In this document: in pieces, positions 10,658-19,600 of the stretch
Layout: each line of letters opens with the position of its first letter
Position numbering within the stretch: the first letter of the stretch is position 1
Assembly: GCA_049322915.1 (NCBI GenBank)
Contig: JBMOPW010000034.1
Location: 96,001 to 160,000, forward strand
Direction of reading: 5' to 3'
Origin: Candidatus Zhuqueibacterota bacterium
Lineage (GTDB): Bacteria > Zhuqueibacterota > Zhuqueibacteria > Thermofontimicrobiales > Thermofontimicrobiaceae
DNA length: 64,000 nucleotides
Program-made: the position numbers and the translations under genes
The notes under the pieces: model-generated
The model's input: the letters and a program-made list of their open reading frames with translations, nothing else
Databases searched by the model: none
What the model was told of the DNA's origin: nothing

Positions 10658-11934
10658 TGGACTTTCGAACCTGCATTGACAACGAACGAATTCAGAACAA
10701 TGTGATCGTCTGTGAGGACGCGCTCTCTCCGCATCTGGAGTTGACCAAAAAGATCATTGAACTTGAACCATCGCCGGCGCTGCTCAGCGGAGTTGGCGCT
10801 ATTCCAGTGGCTGCGAATCTGTTTTGCTCCCGAAATTCGATGGCGCGGCATTTGGATTTACCGCAGGATACATTTCTTCCGTCGTTAGCCCGGAAATTGA
10901 AAAGCGATCCAATTCATATACATAACTCCGGCTCGATCTTCGGCGAGCGCGAGTGGCCGGCGATTGATTTGAATGACCTCCCCATTCTGTTTCACTATCC
11001 GGGAGACGGTGGAAAATATATCACGTCCGCGGTCTGGATTGTCAATGATGCACAATCAGGAAGGAATTTGTCCTATCATCGCATGATGGTGATTGATGGG
11101 CGGCGCGGCGCTGTGCGCGTTGTAGAAAATCGTGGGATGCATCAGGCGATTCACCATGCCGGCGGACGCGCTTCTGTTGCCATCTGTCTGGGAGCACCGC
11201 CAGCCGTTCTGCTTGCGGCGGCCCTCTCCCCTGCTGCTTCAGTCGATGAAATGGAATTGGCTGGAAAATTGGATGCCATCACGCTGGCAGATTGCAAAAC
11301 AATCGACGTGCAGGTACCGGCCAACTGCGAAATAGTCATCGAAGGAATTTTCACCGGCGAGAGCGGCAATGAGGGGCCGTTTGTCGACATCACAGGGACC
11401 TGGGATTATATTCGAAACCAGCCCTTGCTGGAGGTGACGCGCATTGCTTCCCGCCAAAATCCAATCTATCATGCTCTCGTTCCTGGAAGAAGCGAGCATA
11501 AAACGCTCATGGGCATGCCCAAAGAACTGGATATTTTCAACAAAGTGAATGAAGTCTGTGCGTGTCTTGATGTGAACATGACGGCTGGCGGCTGCTCGTG
11601 GCTCCATGCTGTAGTGAAAATCCGGAAAGAACATGGCGATGACGGGCTCAATAGTCTAAGAGCGGCTTTTGAAGCCCATCCATCTTTGAAGTACTGCGTC
11701 GTTGTCGACGAAGACATCGACATTCACGCCACGGAACAGGTGGAATGGGCTGTTGCCACTCGGTTTCAGGCGGATAAAGATTTACTGGTGATGAGCGATA
11801 TGCCGTCAAGCTCGCTCGATCCGTCGGCGTATCATATTCCAGGAAAGAAAAGCCGGGGCGCAAAACTGGGACTGGACGCGACAATTAAAAAGAGCGGGGC
11901 CGAGCGCGCGATGTTCGAGCGGGTGAGGCTATAA
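10657..11934 (+). CDS. UbiD-family prFMN-dependent decarboxylase, probable anhydromevalonate phosphate decarboxylase
   Basis: DGGKYITS, NLSYHRM, EGPFVDITG, GGCSWLH, VVVDEDID, WAVATRFQ; short (425 aa) archaeal-like form in an operon with HMGR/MVK/UbiX. Confidence 0.85.
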   Translation: MDFRTCIDNERIQNNVIVCEDALSPHLELTKKIIELEPSPALLSGVGAIPVAANLFCSRNSMARHLDLPQDTFLPSLARKLKSDPIHIHNSGSIFGEREWPAIDLNDLPILFHYPGDGGKYITSAVWIVNDAQSGRNLSYHRMMVIDGRRGAVRVVENRGMHQAIHHAGGRASVAICLGAPPAVLLAAALSPAASVDEMELAGKLDAITLADCKTIDVQVPANCEIVIEGIFTGESGNEGPFVDITGTWDYIRNQPLLEVTRIASRQNPIYHALVPGRSEHKTLMGMPKELDIFNKVNEVCACLDVNMTAGGCSWLHAVVKIRKEHGDDGLNSLRAAFEAHPSLKYCVVVDEDIDIHATEQVEWAVATRFQADKDLLVMSDMPSSSLDPSAYHIPGKKSRGAKLGLDATIKKSGAERAMFERVRL

Positions 11935-12009
11935 TGCTGTCCCGGCCATGCGAACGGATTGCGATGAAGAACGCGCTCCTTTCACAGCCAGTTGATTCAG
12001 GGGCAATTA

Positions 12010-12813
12010 TTATAAAGATTTAATCAGGAAATAAAATGACAGTCCAAAGCATCCCTGAAGCACTCCCAGGGAAATGAGAGTATAGGCGTCGTAATCCTGT
12101 GATTGCCGGTAATAGTGGTTCATGTCGGCGAGGGAGCCGGCTTTCAGATATTTATCATACCAATCTTCGGCTTCACTCTTCAGATAAACTGTGGCCAATC
12201 CGGATACAATGGATGCGCCCCACAGGCCATAGGCCACCTTCCGATATCTCATCTTTTTCGCGTTCAATTTTTCAAATGACGTCGCCGGCTCCAGTGAAAT
12301 TTTCTCAGCTCGCATCAGAGGAATGTTGATGAAATTTTCTTTGATTTGCGCGCTGAAAATATGGTAAGATCGGTAGCCTGGCTTCTCGATTAAAATATCG
12401 ATGTTGGTTCCCGGCTCCAGGGATATGGTCAATGGGGTTTTGCCCAGGGGCACGTTATTCACGGTAACTTCTGCGTCGAAGGGCGTCGTGCGAATGGTCA
12501 GCCGGCGACTGAATTGCGGTGAAATTATCAGCGTGTCGTTCGGCGTAATCGTAATTTCGCGCTGCCAGTCTCGATTTCCCCAGACGTGGCGATTCGGGTG
12601 CAGTGCGGTCACCGCGTAGGTTCCAGGGGCAAGCGCCAACGCAGCAAGGCCAGAAAAACCAGCGAAATTGCCATTGATCAGAATCTCAATCCCCGGAGTT
12701 TCCGTTTCAATTTTCAGGTATCCCCTGCCCTGGTCGTTCTGGCATAAAAGCAGAGCGCTATTCCCCAGAAGAAAAACGAATGCAATCCACAGTGACTTTC
12801 TGAACACGCTCAC
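12010..12813 (-). CDS. PEGA-domain protein with signal peptide and C-terminal hydrophobic segments
   Basis: TTPFDAEVTVNNVPLGKTPL...IEKPGY PEGA pattern, with a second looser copy. Confidence 0.75.
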   Translation of the reverse strand: MSVFRKSLWIAFVFLLGNSALLLCQNDQGRGYLKIETETPGIEILINGNFAGFSGLAALALAPGTYAVTALHPNRHVWGNRDWQREITITPNDTLIISPQFSRRLTIRTTPFDAEVTVNNVPLGKTPLTISLEPGTNIDILIEKPGYRSYHIFSAQIKENFINIPLMRAEKISLEPATSFEKLNAKKMRYRKVAYGLWGASIVSGLATVYLKSEAEDWYDKYLKAGSLADMNHYYRQSQDYDAYTLISLGVLQGCFGLSFYFLIKSL

Positions 12814-13949
12814 TCCTCTCCTGCCGTTTTGAACGCATACACATCATTGTTCTCCGAGGCGGCAATCAGATAGTCACCCCAAACGACTGGCATCGTGCGA
12901 ATTCTTCCCCTGGTTTGATATTTCCAGAGTTCTTTCCCTGTCTGTAAATCCACCAGATAGAGATGCCTGTCCAGCGACCCGAAAACAACTTTATCATTGC
13001 AAATCAGCGGGCTGGTGCTTATCACGCTTTGCGCCTCGAATTTCCAGTTGAGCGCGCCGGTTGCAGGGTTCAGACAATACACATGGGAATCCGTGGAGCT
13101 GAAGAGGAGAACAGTGTCGTTAACGGCAGCCGATTGAAGAATTTGTCCCTCAGCAGAAAACGTCCATTTGAGCGCGCCGTCCGCTGCATTGAGAGCATAC
13201 AGCGTTCGATCGCTGGAGCCGATATACACGGTATCATTGAAAATCGCCGGCGTGGCCACGACGCTTGAACCGGTGGCATAGGTCCATAGAATTGCGCCGT
13301 CAATTTTTTTCACGGCGTAAACAACGCCGTCATCCGCGCCGAACACGATGATGTTGCCCGAAACTGCCGGTGAAGACCGGATTTGCTCTTTAATCTTGGT
13401 TTGCCAGATACGCACACCGCTGCGCAGTTCATACAGGTCGATGTGGTTGTAGAGCGCGGTGACGATGATGCTCGCGCCAAATACCAGCGGCTCGGACGAA
13501 ATGTCGCCCGCGTCCACGCCCCATTTCATTTTCGACTTTCGCAGATCGTAACTGAAAAGCGTTTTGTCGCCATACCGCCGGGCGATGATAACATTGGTAT
13601 CGGCCACAGTGAATGTGGAAGCCACATCCATTTTGATATTGCCAATTTTCTCTCCGGTGCGGATGTCCAGCGAAACGATTCGCCCATCTTTTGTCCCAAA
13701 AAAGACAGCGCCATCCACGACCGAAAGATAGCTCTCAATCGCTGAACTGGCTTTGAAATGCCAGATCAGTTCCAATGGCAGTGTGAGTGCGCCCGGGTAG
13801 ACATTGTTTCTCGCCGGATTTCCGCCAAACATGGGCCAATTCAGTGCTGCATCCGTGGATTGCATCGGCTGGATATATTTTATTTTGGCGCAGGAAACCA
13901 GCGCCAGCAATGCGATGAAGACGGTTTTAAATGTGACAGAAATTTTCAT
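12810..13949 (-). CDS. PQQ-like beta-propeller lipoprotein (BamB-like)
   Basis: lipobox LVSC, WPMFGGNPARN, repeated 'YAL...G...W' blades; ORF track starts at 13994. Confidence 0.85.
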   Translation of the reverse strand: MKISVTFKTVFIALLALVSCAKIKYIQPMQSTDAALNWPMFGGNPARNNVYPGALTLPLELIWHFKASSAIESYLSVVDGAVFFGTKDGRIVSLDIRTGEKIGNIKMDVASTFTVADTNVIIARRYGDKTLFSYDLRKSKMKWGVDAGDISSEPLVFGASIIVTALYNHIDLYELRSGVRIWQTKIKEQIRSSPAVSGNIIVFGADDGVVYAVKKIDGAILWTYATGSSVVATPAIFNDTVYIGSSDRTLYALNAADGALKWTFSAEGQILQSAAVNDTVLLFSSTDSHVYCLNPATGALNWKFEAQSVISTSPLICNDKVVFGSLDRHLYLVDLQTGKELWKYQTRGRIRTMPVVWGDYLIAASENNDVYAFKTAGEE

Positions 13950-13999
13950 TCTGAGACCAGATTCCTTGTGTACGTGAGACTGCTGAGTTAACAAACGTT

Positions 14000-16915
14000 T
14001 TAGAAATCCCAGCCAAAGAAGAACTGCTGGAACATACCGGATTGCATAGTGAATTTGTCCGAGTTGAACAGATCATGGGTATCGTGCAGCATAAACTTTT
14101 TGCCGAAATCAAAACGGAGGACGAGTATACCGCCGATGCGAAAGCGAATGCCGAATCCCATACTCCCCAAAACCGAGTTCAATTCGTCATCCCAGGCATT
14201 GCCGAGATCCACAAAGCTGGCGCCGCGGATAGCGCTGAATCCCATACCGCCAAACGGAAAATTGATGATGAATCGGTCGATGAAAGGGAAGCGGAGTTCA
14301 TTGCTGACCAGAAAGATTTTCTTGCCCCAGATTGACCATCGTTTATAGCCGCGCAGATCCCAGCTTCCACCCATGTAAAAATGAAGGGGTTCCTTGCCGT
14401 GGTTGTACTGAGTCATCGCGCGAACAGCAAAGGTCGTCCGTCGGGTGAGACGGAAATATTTACGCGTGTCCACAATGATCGTATAGAAATTCACATTGGA
14501 ATGGCGCACGTCCATGGTATTGCCCAGCGTCAAATTGATCCGTTCGCCATCCATGGGGCCGGACGGTCCCCAGAGGGAATTGTCCTTCACGTAGCTGATG
14601 AAATTGGAGACGAGCAATGCCTTGCGGCTGGTTTCAAATCCATAGCGCTCTTTGTATGACTGGCGCACGTTCAGGCTCCCTTCAATGCGCTCGAAGACGG
14701 AGATCGGATAACTGACAGAGCCAAACCCGCCGTAGAGCCGCTCGTAATAAAAGCCATCGTACCAGTTGAAATAGCGCCCGGCAAAATGATACAGCCCCAC
14801 GGCATAATTTGTTCGATGCGATAAATCGACGCGGGACAGTGCCACATTGAAGCTTTCCAGGAATTCCTGCTTGGTCTGGGCATTATTATAAACGAGAAAG
14901 TGGTACTGGTAATTTCCCAGCATGTCGCTCATGGCAAGTTGTGCGCCGCCGGATGTGCCGTAAATTGGGTCCTGCATCACCTGGCTCTGGGCCACATCCA
15001 GATTGAATTTAGGCCGATACTGATTGGTGGAAACGATTGAACCGGAATGCAATTTGACCGGATTCCAGAATGAAGTTGGAGTGCAAATCGAATCGCGCTG
15101 TACCACGCGCGACGAATCGAATCGCTGGACGACCTCATCCAGCACCTGAATCTGGTATGAAAATTTTTCAAATGCAGTGAAAATGATTTTGTTATCGTCC
15201 GTCCATTCCGGGTCATGGGCGCCGGTGGTGAAATTGGTGATCTTTCTGGCGCTGTGTTCGCTTTGAACCAGCGAGAACGGCGGAAAACCTGGCGTCAACG
15301 CCGCCAGTATTTTTGTCGTGGCCAGATACGGTTTCCGCTGCTCCATCAAATTCTCGATCAGCCAGATATTGTACGCCCCATCGCGGTCGGACGTGTACGC
15401 TAAAAAGCGATTGTCAAAGGAGATGGCCGGTGTGAAATCGTTATGTGCGCCAAAAGTGATGAAGCTGATATCGCCGGTGAGCAGATCGTAGCTGAAAATA
15501 TTGTAATAGCTCTCACCCTGAATCTGAGTCCGATCGGAACTGAAGTAGACATTTTGACCATCGCGATCCCAGACTGGATCTCGATCATCATAGAAATCGT
15601 TCGTCAGCCGATCCAGTTGACCGGTCTGGATGTCGACGATATAAATATCGCTCTTGCCCGAAAAGCTAATACCGCTAAATGCGAGTTTTGTGTTATCCGT
15701 CGACCAGCTCGGGGAGAACAGTGTAATTATTTTTTCGAACTTAAACCGATTGATGATGCTGTTTGATTTCAAATCGTAAATGTAAATCACATCGCTATTG
15801 CCGCTCTTGGAGATGAAAGCCATGTGGTCATGTTCGTTGACATCGATTTTGCTCTGGAGAATATGAAACGATTCGAACTCGTCCGTCCTTTCTCCTTTGA
15901 TGATTACATCCACGCTCTGCTCTTTGTGAATTTTTACATCTGGAACCGGCATGGAATAAATATTTGAATAGCCGGATCGGTTCGAGACGAATGAAATAAG
16001 CGGTTTCCCATCGCGACGAAAGTACGCCGGTTTGGTGTTGATGCCCTGAAACGTTATCTGCCGAGCGACCATTTCCGGAAAATCATTCTCTGCCATTTGG
16101 GGATAATGCATTTTCTTCAGCGAGTACGTCCATTCTCGATCGAATTCTTTGTAATCCACCCCAATCGTCAGCTTCATGACATTGGTGAAGTTTTCATCCT
16201 TCCAGGAGTTTTCAATCAATTGCAGGATCTTTTCTTCACCGTAAGTATCGGCTATAAATTTCAAAATGGCCTGTCCCTCTTTGTACATGAGAAAAGTGCC
16301 GTAAATAGCGAACATCTCGTTCAGCGGCACCAGGTAGCCATTCAACGTTGCATCTTTGAGGAACATGTCCGCTTCATTATTCCAGCCAATGGACCAGTAT
16401 TCTGCCAAACCCTCGATGTACCACAAAGGAAGGCCAGGGTAATGGACTTTCTTATGGTCTTTCAATACCTGATAATGTTTGCTGTGGGTGAACACGTGAA
16501 TGAGCTCGTGACGGATCACCCTTTTAAAATCATGAATGGAACCGTTGCAGGGGACAACAACCCTGCCTTTGATGAACTCAAAAAATCCTCCAACTCCCTC
16601 TGGCAAAATATAGGGCGTCGTGTTCGTCTGCTGAAAATGTGAATGGTTTGAGTAAAATATTAGAGGAATACGCCGATTAATATTATGATTGAATTTATCC
16701 TCTAAAAATGTATAGGATTCCTCGGCCGCAGCAGCGCCGATTTCGGCCAACTCTTCCATTTCCGGATAAAAGTAAATATCGAAATGCTCGGTCTTTAAAA
16801 TGTACCAGGTAAAATTATTGTATTGTACTTTGTTTCTGCCGAAATAATACTGGCCGCTCGCAGGCATGACAAACGTGAAGAATATCAAAATGATGAACGC
16901 TGATTTTCGAAGCAT
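14000..16915 (-). CDS. Omp85/BamA-type outer-membrane protein fused to an N-terminal MA-clan metallopeptidase and PD40/TolB-like propeller
   Basis: FGRNKVQY, HELIH...WYIEGLAE, PD40 repeats, LRGY barrel motif, C-terminal F. Confidence 0.85.
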   Translation of the reverse strand: MLRKSAFIILIFFTFVMPASGQYYFGRNKVQYNNFTWYILKTEHFDIYFYPEMEELAEIGAAAAEESYTFLEDKFNHNINRRIPLIFYSNHSHFQQTNTTPYILPEGVGGFFEFIKGRVVVPCNGSIHDFKRVIRHELIHVFTHSKHYQVLKDHKKVHYPGLPLWYIEGLAEYWSIGWNNEADMFLKDATLNGYLVPLNEMFAIYGTFLMYKEGQAILKFIADTYGEEKILQLIENSWKDENFTNVMKLTIGVDYKEFDREWTYSLKKMHYPQMAENDFPEMVARQITFQGINTKPAYFRRDGKPLISFVSNRSGYSNIYSMPVPDVKIHKEQSVDVIIKGERTDEFESFHILQSKIDVNEHDHMAFISKSGNSDVIYIYDLKSNSIINRFKFEKIITLFSPSWSTDNTKLAFSGISFSGKSDIYIVDIQTGQLDRLTNDFYDDRDPVWDRDGQNVYFSSDRTQIQGESYYNIFSYDLLTGDISFITFGAHNDFTPAISFDNRFLAYTSDRDGAYNIWLIENLMEQRKPYLATTKILAALTPGFPPFSLVQSEHSARKITNFTTGAHDPEWTDDNKIIFTAFEKFSYQIQVLDEVVQRFDSSRVVQRDSICTPTSFWNPVKLHSGSIVSTNQYRPKFNLDVAQSQVMQDPIYGTSGGAQLAMSDMLGNYQYHFLVYNNAQTKQEFLESFNVALSRVDLSHRTNYAVGLYHFAGRYFNWYDGFYYERLYGGFGSVSYPISVFERIEGSLNVRQSYKERYGFETSRKALLVSNFISYVKDNSLWGPSGPMDGERINLTLGNTMDVRHSNVNFYTIIVDTRKYFRLTRRTTFAVRAMTQYNHGKEPLHFYMGGSWDLRGYKRWSIWGKKIFLVSNELRFPFIDRFIINFPFGGMGFSAIRGASFVDLGNAWDDELNSVLGSMGFGIRFRIGGILVLRFDFGKKFMLHDTHDLFNSDKFTMQSGMFQQFFFGWDF

Positions 16916-17130
16916 AATAACCTCGCTCCATTGTGACCGATCAATAATATCGAAAAGAGATACGTGAATAGAGGGCTGGTGGATCGCGGCATCTGATGCA
17001 CCCCGCTCGTATTATCAGCCATTGACAATTTTTTTTCTATTATATAAACCTAATTTGATTTATAATAGTTCAATTTAATAGTTAAATTCATTTGCTTGCA
17101 ACATATTTTTTTTATATTATTGCAATAACA

Positions 17131-18447
17131 ATGCCCGAAGCCATTATGCAGGTCAAGCTTATAAAAATATTAAAACTTCTCGTGCTGCCATTGCTGTACG
17201 CTGTGATTTTCTTAATTGAATTTCTCATCGTGAAAAGCAGTCTGGCAGTTAGCGCCGTTGTTCCCATGATCCTCATCGCCATCCTGCTTTATTTTGGATT
17301 TCACTTCTTTTCAGAGCGAATGCCTGTGATTCCGCCAACCATCGATCGGTCGCTTGAGCAAAATCTGAGCGAAAATTTTAGGCTGGTGAATCGAAAGTTG
17401 AGAAAACAAATTTACGATTTGCATAATCTCTTTGAGATCTCTGTAAATTTAACGTCCATCCTGGAGCCAAAGCAATTGGTGAGTTCCTTGCTGCCGTCTC
17501 TTGTCGGACAATTACAAACCGCCGGCGCTTTGGTTTTTTTACCAAATGTGAATGAGGAAACGGTCATACACCCAGTCAGTTACAAGGGATATTCTGCAAA
17601 GCAAGTTGAAGGATTCTCTCTGAATTTGAAGGATCCAATTTTCAACACTTTTTTAAACAAGAAAGTCGCGATCGATTTGAAAAAATTGGATAAACAGCAC
17701 CTCGACGACCGTTTCATTTTTTTAATCGAACATGGCGTTCAATTGATAGCGCCGTTAGTCCATAAATCAAAAATTAAAGGTATCATCGCTCTGGCCGGCA
17801 AGATCAACCAAGATGATTTTTCTCAAGCCGAAACCGAAATGTTCACCCTTTTTTCGAATTTAATCTCTGTCGCGTTTTCCAATGCCATCCTCTACCAGGA
17901 ACTTGAAAAAATTTCAATCACTGATGAGATGACCGGGCTGAACAATTACCGTTTCTTCCGCAAACAATTCGAGGATGAACTTTCGCGCGCGAGACGATTC
18001 AATCATCTACTGTCGTTTATCATTTTTGATGTTGACTATTTCAAGAATTACAACGACACGCTGGGGCATCCGGCTGGCGATGAGATCCTGCGACGCGTTT
18101 CTGAATTGCTGAAAATGACCATCCGGCAGTCCGATATTGCAGCGCGTTACGGCGGCGAAGAATTTTGCATTATTCTGCCGGAGGAAGACGTGGACGGCGC
18201 GATGTGTTTCGCCGAGCGGTTTCGGAAGAAGATCGAGCATTATCCCTTCCCAAGCGAAGAGGTGCAGCCGGGCGGAAATATCACCATCAGCATTGGCATC
18301 TCCTGTTTTCCCTCACATGCCAATACTGTTCAAGAACTGATCAACAAGGCGGACGTCGCGTTGTACCACGCGAAGCGAAACGGACGTAATAAGACATGCT
18401 TGTATGCCGAAGACATGAGTGATGAAGAAAGCTCGATGCAGCAATGA
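17131..18447 (+). CDS. membrane GAF-GGDEF diguanylate cyclase
   Basis: two N-terminal TMs, GAF-like region, DEMTGL, DVDYFK.YND..GH..GD, RQSD I-site, GGEEF; start uncertain (17092-17146). Confidence 0.92.
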   Translation: MPEAIMQVKLIKILKLLVLPLLYAVIFLIEFLIVKSSLAVSAVVPMILIAILLYFGFHFFSERMPVIPPTIDRSLEQNLSENFRLVNRKLRKQIYDLHNLFEISVNLTSILEPKQLVSSLLPSLVGQLQTAGALVFLPNVNEETVIHPVSYKGYSAKQVEGFSLNLKDPIFNTFLNKKVAIDLKKLDKQHLDDRFIFLIEHGVQLIAPLVHKSKIKGIIALAGKINQDDFSQAETEMFTLFSNLISVAFSNAILYQELEKISITDEMTGLNNYRFFRKQFEDELSRARRFNHLLSFIIFDVDYFKNYNDTLGHPAGDEILRRVSELLKMTIRQSDIAARYGGEEFCIILPEEDVDGAMCFAERFRKKIEHYPFPSEEVQPGGNITISIGISCFPSHANTVQELINKADVALYHAKRNGRNKTCLYAEDMSDEESSMQQ

Positions 18448-18670
18448 AATCCTCAGTTTATTTTTCAAGCGATAAAGCAACATAGTTACTATTCAGGCAT
18501 ATATTCTTGCCTCAAAGACGCCGAGTCACGAAGTTACACGAAGATGTCAATTTTATTTTCCTTCCCGGGTCGACTCTAAAAAAGCTTAAAAGGCCTTGAT
18601 ACATTGGTTATGATATCGTTTCCATGTCATAAATGACGTGGCATTTCAATTGAAAAAATTAAAAGTTAGA

Positions 18671-18751
18671 TAACGTGAACAGCCCCGACGCTTAAGTCGG
18701 GGAACACAAATTTACCTTTAATTTTTGGGCGTTAGCCCATTTTTTAACGTG
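18671..18751. repeat. REP-like double palindrome unit
   Basis: CCCCGAC-gcttaa-GTCGGGG and GGGC-gtta-GCCC, flanked by direct TAACGTG repeats; absent from copy 2. Confidence 0.55.
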
Positions 18752-18824
18752 GACTCATTCTTATACTGTGAAACTCTATTTAATTTTTCAACAGAAATTC
18801 CGCTTTTCAGCACCGATAATTTAG

Positions 18825-18985
18825 CCTGCATTATTCATAGTATATTTAAAGGAGGCTGGCCAACCAGAATGGTGCTCTTTTTAGAATAAAAGTATAAAAA
18901 CTGAGTTTCAAAATAGCTTAGCCTTTAGCTAATTGAAAATCTGAATGTTGACTCAAATTCTGAGCAAGTTCATGAATAATTCAGG
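18825..18985. mobile_element. 161-bp inner MITE, copy 1 (possibly IS1380-family derived)
   Basis: TIRs CCTGCATTATTCAT / ATGAATAATTCAGG with TTAG direct repeats on both sides; near-identical inverted copy at 25376-25536. Confidence 0.8.
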
Positions 18986-19289
18986 TTAGATGAATCTTTT
19001 TCTTCGCGCCTTCGAGGCTTTGAGGCTGAATAGTTGCGCGACATAACTCCTTCTGTGTCCATTCCAGCAGTCCATCTGCAATACAGATTCAAGGATAATT
19101 GTCACAACTCCATTTTTTCTGATGTTCAAAGATGCAATGGGAACCAATTTTTTGAACTCAGTTCACCTGTCAATGAATTTTCAGATAACTTACCTGGAGA
19201 GATTCCCACTATATTTTTCGTGGTCGCCGAAGCCCATCGATGTTCTTTGGTAAACACGGCTAAGAATTAATTTCTTTTTGAATTAATAC

Positions 19290-19318
19290 TTGACTGGAAA
19301 AGTAATTATGTTTATATT
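19290..19318 (+). promoter_or_regulatory. sigma70-type promoter
   Basis: TTGACT-17 bp-TATATT. Confidence 0.55.
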
Positions 19319-19600
19319 TACGGGTCTAAAAATTTCAGCTTGAGAGGAAAAACACGTGGTTCCCCCGGCTTTTGCCAAATGCAAAACCTGTACTGACGTG
19401 CCTGTTTTCGATTTCCCTGGAACGAATGTGGGGGGTGTGAATATTCTGGCAGATTTCGACGTGTACATCCGAACAGTTTTTGATCGATTGTCTGCCAAAA
19501 TATTATGGAGTTTTCCTACCTGTTTCGAACCACAGAATAAAACGAGTAATCAATTCACTTTCAAAAACCAATTGGCCGATGTTTTGGATCCGGAGATGGT

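Larger units (their letters stand above)
18484..19038. mobile_element. composite MITE-like element, copy 1 (outer TIR consensus ~CGTAACTATTCAG)
   Basis: ends AGTTACTATTCAG and CTGAATAGTTGCG; both arms align in reverse complement with 25323-25673. Confidence 0.7.

Noticed and set aside
10052..11934. UbiX/UbiD as quinone biosynthesis genes
   Set aside because: No prenyltransferase or mqn/ubi genes nearby and they directly follow HMGR/MVK; disfavoured but not excluded
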